From Lentisphaeria bacterium (lineage in GTDB: Bacteria > Verrucomicrobiota > Lentisphaeria > JABSQK01 > JAWLHB01), in the NCBI GenBank assembly GCA_041690595.1, contig JAWLHB010000024.1, positions 1 through 64,000 of the forward strand: a stretch of 64,000 bases of DNA. The letters are read 5' to 3'. The position numbers were made by a program, and so were the translations under genes. The notes under the pieces were generated by a model. It did not search any database, had not been told where the DNA came from, and saw nothing but the letters and a program-made list of their open reading frames with translations. Shown piece by piece: positions 55,784 through 64,000 of the stretch (within the stretch, counting starts at the first letter, position 1; every line of letters begins with the position of its first letter).

Positions 55784-56267
55784 CAGCGCTAACAAACAGG
55801 CTTGTGGCGTAGCGGTGCGTATAGCTGGGCGGAACATTACCCGTGACGATGGCGTGAGCGAGCCGCGAGCGGGCGGTCGCAGCGCGATGAATGTGGTTTG
55901 GATGAGGTGGACGGAAGGTGGACGGAAGGCGGGGCGGAGGTGGTACGACTACGGCGTATGGATCAACATCGCCTCAAGCGGATCTGTATCTTCTCGGATG
56001 GTTCATTCATCCAGCGAATGTTGCTTTGGGGTCGCCGGTGGATTGTTGTATGCAGTCGCCGTCCTTGACCAGATCGTTAAGCAGTTGGGTTATCTGCAGG
56101 ATCAGGTAGTAGTTCTTCCGGCCTGTTGATGTCTGCCGTAGAGGTGGCTCATCTCGTAGCCGCCGTTCTTGCATTATCTTGTTTGGGTTTCACATTGGCG
56201 ATCCGACGGCCGCAACAGCCCCGGTCTCCTTGCTCATGGATATTCTCCATTTGCAGCACTGAAGGTC
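55784..56267 (-). pseudogene. Decayed remnant of a related IS (one end plus 3' part of transposase)
   Basis: Collinear with about 53267-53876; starts CAGCGCTAACAAAC. Two ~60-70 bp deletions, one removing the RWKIENEG catalytic segment. Confidence 0.92.
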
Positions 56268-56338
56268 GACTCCACGCGATTCCGGGAACCTCACATGTTT
56301 ACTACACCTACTATCTGCACTTCTTCACCTGAGGTTGC

Positions 56339-59146
56339 TCAGGGGACGAAGTGAAGGAGGTGGGCGTTAGCGGTGAGGCGCAGGGCGAAGGTACCGTCGG
56401 TGACGGCCCAGGTGCGGCCGGTGACCGCGTCGGTGACGGTGCCCTCAGCGCGGGGCATGCTCAGGACGATACTGGATGGCACGTCTTTCAGCTCGACGCC
56501 CAGGTGCATGGCGGCAAACCATGCTTGGCCAGCGGCCTCGTTGACGCGCATGCGGGCACAGATGTTGGGCTCGTAAATCGAAATGTCGGTATCGATGAAG
56601 GTACTCTCGGCTAACGTGGCTGCGGTTGGCTGGAAGTAGCTGGCGACCTGCGCGAGAGCATAGACGACGCGGGCGTTCGTGCGTGCCATGAGGGCGCGGC
56701 CTTCCGTGTCGATAGGAGCGAAGTGGCCACGCGACATGGCCGGGAAGAGAAAGAACCAGCGATTGCCGTCGAGGATGGCGAAGGTGAGCAGCGATTGCCA
56801 CTGATCGGGGGTGAGAACGACCTTGGAGTTGACGTTGCCCAGCCAGGCGCTGTTCCAGCGCGAGCCCTCGGCGGCGGCCCAGCGTGAGCAGCGGGTGTCG
56901 AGCGTGGCGGGCAGGTTGGCGAAGCCGGGCTGCAGATCGCCGTTCAGATAGTAGACGCTGTTCCCAACCGTGTAGCCCGCTTGCCGCCAGACGGCAAAGC
57001 GGCCGGGACAGCCGCTGATTCGCCAGTCGGTGATCAACTCGGGAGGCGGCACGCCGTGCTCGCGGCGAACCGCGAGAAGGTCGTCCACCAAACGCTGCTT
57101 GACTTCGGCGAAGAGACTGGGATCCATACCGCTGACCGAGATGCGGGTGAAGGCGCCGGCGGCACCGGTGGCGGTGAGGACGTGGCCGTTGCCGCTCATG
57201 TCTGGCAGGGGAGAGACGGCCTGGCCGAAGTGGGCCTCGTTGCCGGCGGAGGATTCCATATCGTAGCTGGCGAGGAGCTGCCCGCCGCTGCCGCTGACGC
57301 GGAGCGAGTCGAGATCGGTCAGGCGCTCGTCATTGGGGTGAACACCGGCAACGAATGCGAGGCGGCCGTGGGCCACCTGGGGGCGCGGCAGGCGGGCGGT
57401 AGCGTCCGGCAGATCGTCGGTGCCGATGCTAACCGTCACAGTCTCGGCATCGCCACCCTCTTCCACAATCACGTGAAGGCGATGCCAGCCGGCGTAACGC
57501 CAGCGGGTGACCGGCTGCGAGAGGACTTGCCGACCGTTGCTGGTGAAGGTGAAGTGCGTGGTGCCATGGTAGCCGTCGGTATTGCTGACGCCGATGGCCC
57601 AGCCGCTATCGGTGTCCGCAAGATCGTCGCGGCAGACGATGAGCGGCGTGGCGCCGCCGAAGACGTAGTTCTGCACGTAGAGACCGAGGTCGACCCGAAA
57701 AGTGGCCATGGGAGCACCTGGGCGACAGTCGAAGCTCCTGGCAGGAGCGCTGGCAAGGGAGGCGGGGGACGTGTGATCGACGCGCAGGCGCCAGGTACCG
57801 TCGCCGCCGGGCACGCCCTTGTCGCCCTCCCAGTCATGGAAGAAGTAGTCCATGCGGAGGGCAAGCGGGTCAGCGTAGGCCTCGCGCATGTCGCCGAGGC
57901 CCATGACGCAGCCACCGGTGAAGCGCCCGATCGCCTGAGCGCCGCGCACGGCGACATCGCGTTGGTGAATCGTCCAGCGTGGATAGGCCGGTTTGACATC
58001 GCTGTAGGCGCCGAGATAGCCGACGTGGAGTAATACCTGCGACCAATCTTCAATCGTCATCTCGCCATTGAGTTTGAATCCAAAATCGCCGCTGTCGCTG
58101 CCGCCTTCCAGAAAGATGCGAACGAAGGGCTCGGCGGGGTGGGCAATGGCGGGTTGGCTGAGCAGCTCCTGTTGAAGGGTGGCAGTGGCGCCAGTGTTGG
58201 AGTTGTTGAAGAGCCGGGCAGTGTCGACATGCCAGTGGAGGCGATTCTGGAGGTCGCTGAGGAAGGAGGTGAGGAGCCAGTACCGACGGAGTGCACCGAA
58301 CATGGTAGCGGCCTCTGGGGCGGCGTCGAGGAGCGCTCGCTGCTCCGCCAAGGTATCCTGGGCGAGACCATTGACCGGGCTGTCGTCAGGCAACTGGCGG
58401 AGCGCCTCCTGGAGTCGGGAAACGGCGGCCTGGTAGCGCGTGGAAAGCTCGTCGGCGAGCCGACGCGAGGTCTCGGCGTAGGCGGCCGGCTGCTCGGCCG
58501 CGGCGGCGAAACGGAGGAGGGCAAACTGGCCGGGCTGGTGAAAGCCGCCTTGCAGGTCGGCGTAGGTGGCGAGGCCATGCCGCGGGTCGTTGCGGCAGAT
58601 GTTGGCGCCCCAGGTGTCGCCAATGGTTGGGGTGGTGCCGAGGGGGGCAAAGGGGATGGCGAACTCGATTGCCCAACCGCCCGGGATCGGCGCAGCGGCG
58701 CTGCTGACATCGCCCGGCCACTGGGTATTGGCAGGGCTGCCGAAGTGACACGCGGCCATGAAGAGATCCCGAGTGTTGGCGGCGATTTGGTAGTAGCGCT
58801 CGCCGGTGCAACCGGGATCGAGGAAGATCTCCAGGGCATCCCCGTTCCAGAGGGAGCCTTCTGCGAGCCGCTCCCCGGGTTCTTTGCGCATCTGGGCGGC
58901 AACGTAGAGGTGGGTGTCGTCGTAGATGAGCACGGCAACGGTCTGGTGGCTGGCCATGGTGCCGGCGCCGAGGGCGTGGAAGGCGGTGAGCGGCTCGCCG
59001 AGCAACCAGGCACGATCGTCGAGCGCACCGTCGATCACGGGCGGCGCGGTGGTATAGCGGCAGAGCATCTCCGGTTGCTCACCGGCGAAGAGGGGCCGAG
59101 TGAGAAACAGCATGAGGAGCAGCAGGCAGCAGCGGGCGATGATCAT
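56339..59146 (-). CDS. Large secreted protein with CBM9-like sugar-binding domain
   Basis: Signal peptide; PPVIDGALDD.AW, YDDTHLYVA, GDALEIFLDP, WAIEFAIPF, WGANICRN; LamG-like GWHRL segment. Confidence 0.75.
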   Translation of the reverse strand: MIIARCCLLLLMLFLTRPLFAGEQPEMLCRYTTAPPVIDGALDDRAWLLGEPLTAFHALGAGTMASHQTVAVLIYDDTHLYVAAQMRKEPGERLAEGSLWNGDALEIFLDPGCTGERYYQIAANTRDLFMAACHFGSPANTQWPGDVSSAAAPIPGGWAIEFAIPFAPLGTTPTIGDTWGANICRNDPRHGLATYADLQGGFHQPGQFALLRFAAAAEQPAAYAETSRRLADELSTRYQAAVSRLQEALRQLPDDSPVNGLAQDTLAEQRALLDAAPEAATMFGALRRYWLLTSFLSDLQNRLHWHVDTARLFNNSNTGATATLQQELLSQPAIAHPAEPFVRIFLEGGSDSGDFGFKLNGEMTIEDWSQVLLHVGYLGAYSDVKPAYPRWTIHQRDVAVRGAQAIGRFTGGCVMGLGDMREAYADPLALRMDYFFHDWEGDKGVPGGDGTWRLRVDHTSPASLASAPARSFDCRPGAPMATFRVDLGLYVQNYVFGGATPLIVCRDDLADTDSGWAIGVSNTDGYHGTTHFTFTSNGRQVLSQPVTRWRYAGWHRLHVIVEEGGDAETVTVSIGTDDLPDATARLPRPQVAHGRLAFVAGVHPNDERLTDLDSLRVSGSGGQLLASYDMESSAGNEAHFGQAVSPLPDMSGNGHVLTATGAAGAFTRISVSGMDPSLFAEVKQRLVDDLLAVRREHGVPPPELITDWRISGCPGRFAVWRQAGYTVGNSVYYLNGDLQPGFANLPATLDTRCSRWAAAEGSRWNSAWLGNVNSKVVLTPDQWQSLLTFAILDGNRWFFLFPAMSRGHFAPIDTEGRALMARTNARVVYALAQVASYFQPTAATLAESTFIDTDISIYEPNICARMRVNEAAGQAWFAAMHLGVELKDVPSSIVLSMPRAEGTVTDAVTGRTWAVTDGTFALRLTANAHLLHFVP

Positions 59147-62100
59147 TGGGCATCCTCCTCGATACGGATCGCGTGGGTGGCGGTGGCACCGGTAAGCAGA
59201 TCGGAGACCGTGAGGCTCCACGTGCCGGGCGGTACGTTGTGCGGCAAGGGGATGGCGCATTCGGCGGCGCCGGTGCTAGTAGTGAGGCGTTGCTGATAGT
59301 CGCGCCGAACGACACCGGCCGGGTCGGTCAGCACGAACACGAAGACCGTGTGCGTCGGGGCGTCAACGTTGCGGCACGTGGCGGTGACGGTGGCGCCGGC
59401 TGGCAGACGGTCGGGGGCGTCGAGAGCGAGCGGCAAGGGGATGGCGGGCAGGAGGGAAAAGACGAAGACGTCGTTGGACGAGACTTTCAGGTTGAGGACG
59501 TCCGTCGGCGGCCAGTCGCGTCCGGAGCGCAGCTCGTGAACCGCGTAGGTGCCATCCAGCGGCAGGTGCAAGGCAGCAGGCCAGTTCTGCCCTTCGACAG
59601 ACTTGACCTCGACGGCGAAAAGCATGCCGTCACCCAGGGCATAGCGGGTGAGTTCGACCCCAACGGGCGGGCCGTCGTCGAGGCTGGGACGCACCGCCGG
59701 CGCCAGCGGCCCCAGAAGGCGGGTGATGGTGTCGTAGGCGGCAAGGGCCGGGGCGCGTCGACGACCGACGGAGCCGACTTCGCTGATCCCGCCCTTGGTG
59801 GCGCCATAGAACGCGGCGTTCTGATTGAAGAGCACGCACTCGCCCTTGCCAGTGGCGTGGCGGATGAAGCGGGGCTTCCCGTTTATCATGGCAAGCGGCT
59901 CGCCGCCGCCCATGGTAAAGGTGCCGTCGGGCTTGTGGGCGACACCGAAGAGGTGGTCGAGCTGGCCATTCGGCAGGAGGCGGCCGTGGTCGTTGCGCAC
60001 GGCGGGTTCGCTGTCGGCCCACAGCATGCCGCCCAACTCCACGAAGCGTTCGACAGCGGTCACCTCCGCGGCTGACATGGCGATGCTTCTAGGCAAGATG
60101 AGGAGGCGATAGTCGCCGTTGGCCAGAACACCGTATTCGACCATGTCCCGGGTGGAGATGTAGTCGTACTGCAGACCCTGGTCTTCAATGATCTCCTGGA
60201 AGGCGGCGGCGGCGTCCTCCAGTTGCGGCGAGAGCGAGCCGGCCAGCTCGGCGCGACGACTGGCTTCGGAATAAAGGATCGCGACGCCCGCGGGGGCGCG
60301 GTCGGCGGCGACGATCCACTGCGCGGCGCCGGAGAGCTTGATGCGGGAAATCTCGTCCATCATCCAGCCGACCAGCTGCTCGCCGCCAATGGAAAGGTCC
60401 CCTTCGAAGCCGGCGAGCAGTGACCAGAAGAGGATGCTGTTATTGCCGGAGAGGAGGATGTGCCAGGGCATCATGCGGCAGTATGACTCGGTGCCCCGGT
60501 AGTAGGCATAGACGCCGGTGCAGATGCCGGTGTAGACGGGTGGCTCGGCGCGAGATAGCGAGCGGCCGACCTCGACCGTGAGCGGGTTGTAGTACGGCAT
60601 GATGTAGCCGAGTTCGCGGTACAGGCTGGGCAGCGAAGCTTCGTAGTAGACGGCGTCACAGCCGGCGGTGGCCGTGGGATCGACGGCCCGGATGGCCTGC
60701 CGATAGGTGCGCTGGACAGCGATGTAGGTCTCGCCGGTGAAGTGCAGGTAGTCACTCCAGATGGGAATGTTGCCGTCGCGGCGCGCGTGCTTGACCAGGT
60801 CAGCCGGGATGTCGGTGAAGGCGGCGAATTCGGTCTCCCACTCACGATTCAGGGCGCCGACATCGTAACCGTAGAGCCCGCCGAGCCAGTCCAGGAAGCG
60901 GGGCATGGCGGTGGGAACAAAGCCCGCCTTGGGGCCGCAATCGTCGGTCGTGTTGTACATGGCCTGGTTGAAATGGCGATAGAGCCGGCAGTTAGCGTCG
61001 CCAATGGCGACCAGTTCGTTGACGAAGGCCGGATCGAGTGCTTTGGGGCCGGGGACGTGGGGGCGGCCGGGGTTCATGTCGATGCCGGCAATGGCGAAGG
61101 CAATGGCGTCGCCGATCGATGGCTTGTGGTCACGAGCACCGTCGCCGCCCCACTCCCGAATGCGTTCGTACCGCCGCATGGTGTGCCAGGTGGGCCAGGG
61201 TTCATCAGAGACGGTGACATAGTAAGAATCGCGCGGCTGCCCGACAGTGAAGAAGCTCGTGTCCATGGCGATCATCGCGTCGCCGCGGCTGGCGACCGCG
61301 CGCAGACCGTGCAGAATGGCGGGTGAGCGGATCGGCAGCGAGAAGCGAACTGGCGTGGCCTCGGCTTGCAGGGCGCCTTGTTCCCAGATGCGGCCCTGGG
61401 CGTCGAAAAGGGTAAGCGTGATTGCGGTCCCGTCCGGCGCCTTGATAGTGCCGGTGATGGGGGCGCCGGCACCGAAAAGGTCGTGATCGAGCGCAAGAGT
61501 GGCCGGCTCGGGAGGCGCGACATCGGCACACGCAGCGGCGAAATCCAGCACGCGGTCAGCGGCATCGATCAGGCGGGCGATGAGGGTGGTGCGCCCCAGG
61601 AAGTGGCCCACGGGCACGCTCACCTCGCGGTGCCCCTCGGCCATAGCGAGATCGACGCTGTCGCTGGCCAGGAGTTGGTTGGTGATGGCATCGCGCAACT
61701 CGACGCGAAGCTCACCGCTGAACGGGGTGTTGGCGGTGATGACTGCCCGGGCCGCCATGTCGGTCGGAGCATACTCCAGGTCGGCAATGCGGGCGAGCGG
61801 CTCGCGGTGGGTGGCCCACAGGCAGGCCTTGGCGACCATGGCATAGTAGAGGTCTTCCTGCCAACGATTGGCCATGTTGATACGGATGCCGGGGATCAGG
61901 GCCGGGACCGAGGCATAGCCGCCCCAACTCACCCCCTGGAAGGGAAAGGGCAGCGCATAGAAGCGGCCGGCGCCGACGGTGTAGGCGGCAAAGCCCTTGG
62001 TGGCGTCGTAGGCGGTCGTCGCGGCCAATGCGTCAGTCACGGGTTGGCCACCCTCCCAGTTGGCACCGGCGAGCAGGGCCTCGAACGGCAGGGGGCGGAG

Positions 62101-62631
62101 GAGGTCGACGGGATCGCCGTTGGCGGGAGTTGCGGTATAGAGCTGGTCATACAGCAGATCGCCGAGCTTGGCGTTGGTCATGACCAGACCAGCGCCGGCG
62201 ACCACCTGTACGCTGACCCTGTTGGCGATCTCGGGCGGCAGGGACGAGAGGCAGACATTGGCCAGCAGGATGAGCTGATAGCGCGGCCCGTCGAGCGCCG
62301 CGCGGGCTTTGGCGAGTTGCTCGTCATAGGCCAGACCCCAGTAGCGGATTGGCGCCGTGTTGCCAAAGACCTGGGGGCCGCCGAAGTGGCCGGCGGCATC
62401 CTGAACGGTGAGCACGGTGAGGTCGAGGTCAAGGCACTCGGCCAGGTCCCAGAGGTCGCGCCCGCCGTTGATGGGTACGATGGCCAGCGTCTTGAGCGGT
62501 TCCCCGGCCAGCGGCTTGGCCCACGGTATATGGGGAACGACAAAGCGGCCGTCGCGGGTGCCGGGGGTGGCGTGCGCGGGCGTCAGGATACAGGCCATAG
62601 CCAGCCCCAAAGACAAAACAATCCCTCTCAT
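59143..62631 (-). CDS. Large secreted GH42/beta-galactosidase-like protein
   Basis: Signal peptide; PHIPWAKPLAG, FLDWL...Y..VGALNREW.T.F..F, VAILYS, LILPRSIAMS..E...VERFVELGG, C-terminal Ig-like domain. Confidence 0.75.
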   Translation of the reverse strand: MRGIVLSLGLAMACILTPAHATPGTRDGRFVVPHIPWAKPLAGEPLKTLAIVPINGGRDLWDLAECLDLDLTVLTVQDAAGHFGGPQVFGNTAPIRYWGLAYDEQLAKARAALDGPRYQLILLANVCLSSLPPEIANRVSVQVVAGAGLVMTNAKLGDLLYDQLYTATPANGDPVDLLRPLPFEALLAGANWEGGQPVTDALAATTAYDATKGFAAYTVGAGRFYALPFPFQGVSWGGYASVPALIPGIRINMANRWQEDLYYAMVAKACLWATHREPLARIADLEYAPTDMAARAVITANTPFSGELRVELRDAITNQLLASDSVDLAMAEGHREVSVPVGHFLGRTTLIARLIDAADRVLDFAAACADVAPPEPATLALDHDLFGAGAPITGTIKAPDGTAITLTLFDAQGRIWEQGALQAEATPVRFSLPIRSPAILHGLRAVASRGDAMIAMDTSFFTVGQPRDSYYVTVSDEPWPTWHTMRRYERIREWGGDGARDHKPSIGDAIAFAIAGIDMNPGRPHVPGPKALDPAFVNELVAIGDANCRLYRHFNQAMYNTTDDCGPKAGFVPTAMPRFLDWLGGLYGYDVGALNREWETEFAAFTDIPADLVKHARRDGNIPIWSDYLHFTGETYIAVQRTYRQAIRAVDPTATAGCDAVYYEASLPSLYRELGYIMPYYNPLTVEVGRSLSRAEPPVYTGICTGVYAYYRGTESYCRMMPWHILLSGNNSILFWSLLAGFEGDLSIGGEQLVGWMMDEISRIKLSGAAQWIVAADRAPAGVAILYSEASRRAELAGSLSPQLEDAAAAFQEIIEDQGLQYDYISTRDMVEYGVLANGDYRLLILPRSIAMSAAEVTAVERFVELGGMLWADSEPAVRNDHGRLLPNGQLDHLFGVAHKPDGTFTMGGGEPLAMINGKPRFIRHATGKGECVLFNQNAAFYGATKGGISEVGSVGRRRAPALAAYDTITRLLGPLAPAVRPSLDDGPPVGVELTRYALGDGMLFAVEVKSVEGQNWPAALHLPLDGTYAVHELRSGRDWPPTDVLNLKVSSNDVFVFSLLPAIPLPLALDAPDRLPAGATVTATCRNVDAPTHTVFVFVLTDPAGVVRRDYQQRLTTSTGAAECAIPLPHNVPPGTWSLTVSDLLTGATATHAIRIEEDAQ

Positions 62632-62661
62632 ATCGAATCTCCCCTGATCGATGTCGGTAGC

Positions 62662-63351
62662 TTACGGCAGCTGGACCATATACATGCTGCACCAATAGCG
62701 CACGAAGTGGCGGGCCCCAACGTTGAAGGCCTGCTCGTTGAGCGTGGCCAACTCCGGCGCGGTGTGCGCGCGCACGCTCCCGTCAAGGAACCAGGCGTTG
62801 GCGCGGTCGTTGCCGTGCCGCGTGTGCAACTGGTTCGTGTTGTTGTCCCCATCCATGCGGTAGAACTGGTGCTTGCGGTTCTGCAGGATCGAGTCGGCAA
62901 AATGCGTGTAGCCGCTGCTGTCACTGACGCGGTGGATGGCCACGGGGCCGGTGCCGTACCAGTTGTTGGTGTGCTCGTTGTTGTAGATGAAGCCAGTGTA
63001 GAAGCGACATCCATAGACGAGAGCGCCAAGGGTTGCTACAGGAAGGGGCGCGAAGGAGGGACACTGGTAGACATCGCTCTTCGGCACGTAGTCGATAGTA
63101 CTCTCGTACCACAGGTTGGCGCTGTAGCGATTGGTGGCGTAGGCATTGAAGATCTGGCCATCGTTATCATCGGCATACATGAGGGCGGCGCCGCCGATCT
63201 GCTTGAGGTTGCTCATGCAGGCAATCGCCCGCGCTTTGTCCCGGGCTCTGCTCAAAGCGGGCAGTAGCATGCTGGCGAGGATGGCGATTATCGCAACAAC
63301 GACGAGCAGCTCGATCAGGGTGAAGGCGTGGCGGGCGGGGATAGGACGCAT
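62662..63351 (-). CDS. Prepilin-type N-terminal cleavage/methylation protein (DUF1559, H-X9-DG)
   Basis: [32 protein letters not shown]...[30 protein letters not shown]. Confidence 0.95.
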   Translation of the reverse strand: MRPIPARHAFTLIELLVVVAIIAILASMLLPALSRARDKARAIACMSNLKQIGGAALMYADDNDGQIFNAYATNRYSANLWYESTIDYVPKSDVYQCPSFAPLPVATLGALVYGCRFYTGFIYNNEHTNNWYGTGPVAIHRVSDSSGYTHFADSILQNRKHQFYRMDGDNNTNQLHTRHGNDRANAWFLDGSVRAHTAPELATLNEQAFNVGARHFVRYWCSMYMVQLP

Positions 63352-63355
63352 CTGT

Positions 63356-64000
63356 TCAGAACTCCGGAGTGTGGGTTTCAGCGTAGTCGTGAGAACGGAG
63401 GGCAGGGCCCAGGTACATATCGGCTGGCAGAACCAGCCGAAACCCCGCAGACCAGATCCGCCGACGCGGACGCTTGCCCTTGACTAACGCCACCATCAAC
63501 TGGCCGACCAGCGCGGCATCGGCCTTACCGTCGATCTCCAGCCTGGCGCACGGGAAAGGAGGATGCGGGGAGATATCGGCGGTGGTGAGGGCGGCGATCT
63601 GCAGGTCGCGCGGTACCTGTACGCGGAGAGCGCGCAGGGCAGCACCTGCGTCGTGGAGAAGAAAATCGTCGCCGACGACCAGCCCATCGGGCTTCTGTGC
63701 ATCCGCGGTCCAGATCTCGCGCATCTCGTCCCAGGCAGAACCCGGGAGGCTGGGATGCAGGTCGAGGCCAATATGGTGGCTTTCCAGAGAGACGTCAGGA
63801 GGAAGCGCCTGTCGGTACCTGGCAAGCACGGCATCGATCGGTCTCCGGGGATTGGCAGAACTCTCCCAGCCCAGCAACGCAAGACGCCGACAGCCGCAAG
63901 ACACCAGGTAGCGCAGCGCGGCAAGCACCCGCTCGTCGTGCTCAGTCGAGAAGCTGTAGGGGTACTCGGCCACATTGCCGATGATGGGCAAGTGGGTGAG
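63356..64000 (-). CDS. LacI/GntR-type regulator, sugar-binding domain (5' end outside window)
   Basis: [33 protein letters not shown]. Confidence 0.8.
   Translation of the reverse strand, partial: LTHLPIIGNVAEYPYSFSTEHDERVLAALRYLVSCGCRRLALLGWESSANPRRPIDAVLARYRQALPPDVSLESHHIGLDLHPSLPGSAWDEMREIWTADAQKPDGLVVGDDFLLHDAGAALRALRVQVPRDLQIAALTTADISPHPPFPCARLEIDGKADAALVGQLMVALVKGKRPRRRIWSAGFRLVLPADMYLGPALRSHDYAETHTPEF

Noticed and set aside
55467..56129. 220-aa plus-strand ORF
   Set aside because: It crosses the MITE end, IS end, TSD and the antisense of the remnant, so it is a chance read-through.
53267..56267. Assembly duplication explaining the two similar IS ends
   Set aside because: The copies differ by many substitutions and two deletions, and the intact element has its own TSD.

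Overview
High-GC bacterial chromosome segment. It most resembles PVC-superphylum DNA, probably Lentisphaerota; this is inferred from a DUF1559/H-X9-DG prepilin-like gene and large orphan CAZyme-like proteins, not from a marker gene. Housekeeping genes include dnaE, rnd, yaaA, an M16 peptidase and a methionine operon (cystathionine lyase/synthase, fungal Str2-like synthase, fused MetX-MetW). There are several carbohydrate-catabolism clusters, a thiol-redox/ECF-sigma cluster, a TonB-less ExbB + two ExbD-like + TPR + PrsW operon, a DUF3137/DUF3592/ATPase membrane operon and an orphan Imm30-like gene. The most structured region is 53.2-56.3 kb, a three-layer nest of mobile DNA. (1) A complete 2509-bp IS has perfect 15-bp terminal inverted repeats (TIRs) and a 9-bp target-site duplication (TSD), and encodes a DUF6788-like ORF overlapping a DDE transposase in the -1 frame with an in-frame CGA-AAG shift motif. 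(2) This IS is inserted exactly at the tip of a decayed relative. (3) It carries a 355-bp MITE with an 8-bp TSD whose ends contain NrdR-box-like palindromes and an inward promoter. The window begins with the tail of a probable RAYT transposase and a modular CCTGTCCCC repeat array. No rRNA, tRNA or CRISPR array was found. All family calls come from motif recognition by eye; no database searches were run.
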